Origin: a virus
Taxonomy: Duplodnaviria > Caudoviricetes
DNA: 36,147 nt
Virus record (IMG/VR): IMGVR_UViG_3300044858_003222
Coordinates: 1-36,147 of that record
Reading direction: 5' to 3' (one strand)
Shown here: piece by piece, positions 34,489 through 36,147 of the stretch
Layout of the letters: each line of letters starts with the position of its first letter
Numbering within the stretch: the first letter of the stretch is position 1
The notes under the pieces: generated by a model
The model's input: the letters and a program-made list of their open reading frames with translations, nothing else
What the model was told of the DNA's origin: nothing
Databases searched by the model: none
Program-made: the position numbers and the translations under genes

Positions 34489-35292
34489 ATGATAAATGTA
34501 CCTTCAGAATTTACACCAACAATAAATACGATTTATCCTTTTGAAAATCTTTTTATTTTTGAAGATTGGGTAACGAAGCAATATATACCTCAAACTGAAA
34601 GAGAGTATCTGCCAATACAATGGACCGCATACCATGTTAATAATAATTATGGTAATGATAAGCAAGCTATTGATAGGCTTCAAAAATATGTGGATAACCT
34701 GCCAAGAGATAAAAAGTATTGGACAATTTGCCAATATGATGACGGTATTATTATTGACCTGAAAGACTTAGATGTACTTCAATTCAGTATGAGTAAGAAG
34801 GTAGGCGTTGAAATACCACTTCTTTGTATGCCTCACTCTTTTGAATGGGATGGACGTAAGCGCAGATTCGCTTCGTTTATTGGTACGCATACGCACCCGG
34901 TAAGAGAGCACGTATTTAATATATTAAATCCGGATTACTATATATCAGATAGAGGTCATGATATAAACCAATTTTGTGATATTATATCAGAATCATTATT
35001 TGGATTGTGCCCCAGAGGTTATGGACTAAATAGCTTCAGAATAGCAGAATGTATGCAGTATTTAACCATACCAGTATATATATCTGATGAATTTGTAAAT
35101 CCTTTTGATTTAGATTTCAGGGAGTTTGGTATTATAATAGAAGAAAGGGACGCTGATAGGATTGAGCAGATTTTGGGCAGCATATCTTATTTGGAAATAG
35201 TTGATAAGCAAGAAAGAATAGGAGAAATATACAAAGAGTATTATACTTACGAAGGAGCTCTTAATAACATAATCAAGATTTTAGAGAAGTGA
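34489..35292 (+). CDS. Exostosin-like (GT47) glycosyltransferase (start moved to ATG 34489)
   Basis: ASFIG, FGLCPRGYGLNSFRIAE, IPVYISD. Confidence 0.8.
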   Translation: MINVPSEFTPTINTIYPFENLFIFEDWVTKQYIPQTEREYLPIQWTAYHVNNNYGNDKQAIDRLQKYVDNLPRDKKYWTICQYDDGIIIDLKDLDVLQFSMSKKVGVEIPLLCMPHSFEWDGRKRRFASFIGTHTHPVREHVFNILNPDYYISDRGHDINQFCDIISESLFGLCPRGYGLNSFRIAECMQYLTIPVYISDEFVNPFDLDFREFGIIIEERDADRIEQILGSISYLEIVDKQERIGEIYKEYYTYEGALNNIIKILEK

Positions 35293-35834
35293 AAATAGCA
35301 GTTATCCACAATTTTGATTCTCATGAAAGATTTGATAGGCTTATGCAGGAGTTTATTGGACAGGGTATAAAGAATTATCAGATATTCCCAGCTATCCATG
35401 ACCAATATTCTACCATGAAAGGTATCAATCTAGCTCATAAACAATGCGTTCAGTTTGCAAAAGATAATGGACTCAAGGAAATATGTATAATGGAGGATGA
35501 TGTTAGGTTTACAAATCCTAATAGTTTTAAGTATTTCTTAGAAAATAAGCCAAAAAATTTTGATATTTATTTAAGTGGGATATACATAGGAGAGATTTTA
35601 GAGGATAATTCTGTTAAATCATTTACTGGCTTTCATTGTTATATAGTTAATGAAAGATTTTATGATGAATATTTAAGCGTTCCTGATGATGAGCATATAG
35701 ATAGAGCATTGTCGAATTTGGGAAAATACTATGTTTGCAACCCATTTGCAGCCATACAATATAACGGATTTTCCTATAACACAAAGATGGATATGAATTA
35801 TGATGATTTGCTTAAAGGTCGTGAATTATATTAA
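35289..35834 (+). CDS. Second GT25-like glycosyltransferase
   Basis: GINLAH, IMEDDV, FDIYLSG, HCYIV, HIDR, AIQYNGFS. Confidence 0.75.
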   Translation: MKIAVIHNFDSHERFDRLMQEFIGQGIKNYQIFPAIHDQYSTMKGINLAHKQCVQFAKDNGLKEICIMEDDVRFTNPNSFKYFLENKPKNFDIYLSGIYIGEILEDNSVKSFTGFHCYIVNERFYDEYLSVPDDEHIDRALSNLGKYYVCNPFAAIQYNGFSYNTKMDMNYDDLLKGRELY

Positions 35835-35912
35835 ATTAATTTTTAAATAAATTATTTTGTATTTTTAACATAGTTTTAAGTATTTTTGGTTAATCTTAAA
35901 TTTAGCATAATA

Positions 35913-36147
35913 ATGCAGCAGCAAACAAATGATATTACCGAAATCTGGAAAGATATACAAGGGTATGAAGGTTGCTATAAAGTTAGTAACTTTGGTAATG
36001 TTATGGCGTTAAAAAGAGAGTATTCTTCTAATGGTTCAAAAAGATTTACCGAAGAAAAGATTTTGAAGAAAAGAATTAATAAAGATGGGTATTTAAATGC
36101 TGCATTAACATTAAAAGGTAAAAGAAAAGATATAAGTGTTCATAGGC
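35913..36147 (+). CDS. NUMOD4-domain HNH homing endonuclease (partial)
   Basis: Own translation MQQQTNDITEIWKDIQGYEGCYKVSNFGNV...DGY...VHR; promoter TTTG-N21-TATTTTTG at 35856..35888. Confidence 0.85.
   Translation, partial: MQQQTNDITEIWKDIQGYEGCYKVSNFGNVMALKREYSSNGSKRFTEEKILKKRINKDGYLNAALTLKGKRKDISVHR

Noticed and set aside
12261-34734. Short minus-strand ORFs opposite the structural and glycan genes
   Set aside because: Antisense shadows of long coding frames, with no motifs or start signals
35302-35310. Perfect DnaA box TTATCCACA
   Set aside because: Only one copy noticed, inside a coding region and far from the replication genes; compatible with chance
1-36147. Stop-codon recoding as in some crAss-like phages
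   Set aside because: Long intact ORFs under the standard code; TAG and TGA end tightly packed genes

Overview
AT-rich segment of a tailed dsDNA phage genome, most likely a podovirus of Bacteroidota. The evidence is TAnnTTTG-type promoters, A-rich start regions without Shine-Dalgarno sites, and a crAss-like terminase and tail ring/muzzle proteins. The left ~11 kb holds recombination, replication and regulation genes: RusA, YqaJ-like exonuclease with a Rad52/Sak-like annealing protein, NinG, a DnaA-domain-IV-like protein, an HTH protein, a lambda-O-like initiator with an internal ori, a primase-helicase fusion and SSB. Then come two GroES-like genes, tail proteins, three putative ejection proteins (one of 2388 aa), TerL, an eight-gene glycan synthesis cluster and a truncated NUMOD4/HNH gene. 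No portal, capsid, polymerase or integrase gene is recognisable in the window. The most unusual signals are: (1) three promoter/short RNA/terminator cassettes, one complementary to the start-codon region of another phage gene; (2) an RNA element with three mutually crossing pairings inside the glycan operon; (3) the glycan cluster pairing GDP-mannose 3,5-epimerase with GT11; (4) small genes overprinted inside the giant protein; (5) a recurrent 15-bp palindromic operator-like site; (6) a 10-bp-phased repeat array next to a G-rich non-coding region. All family assignments come from motif recognition by eye, not from searches.
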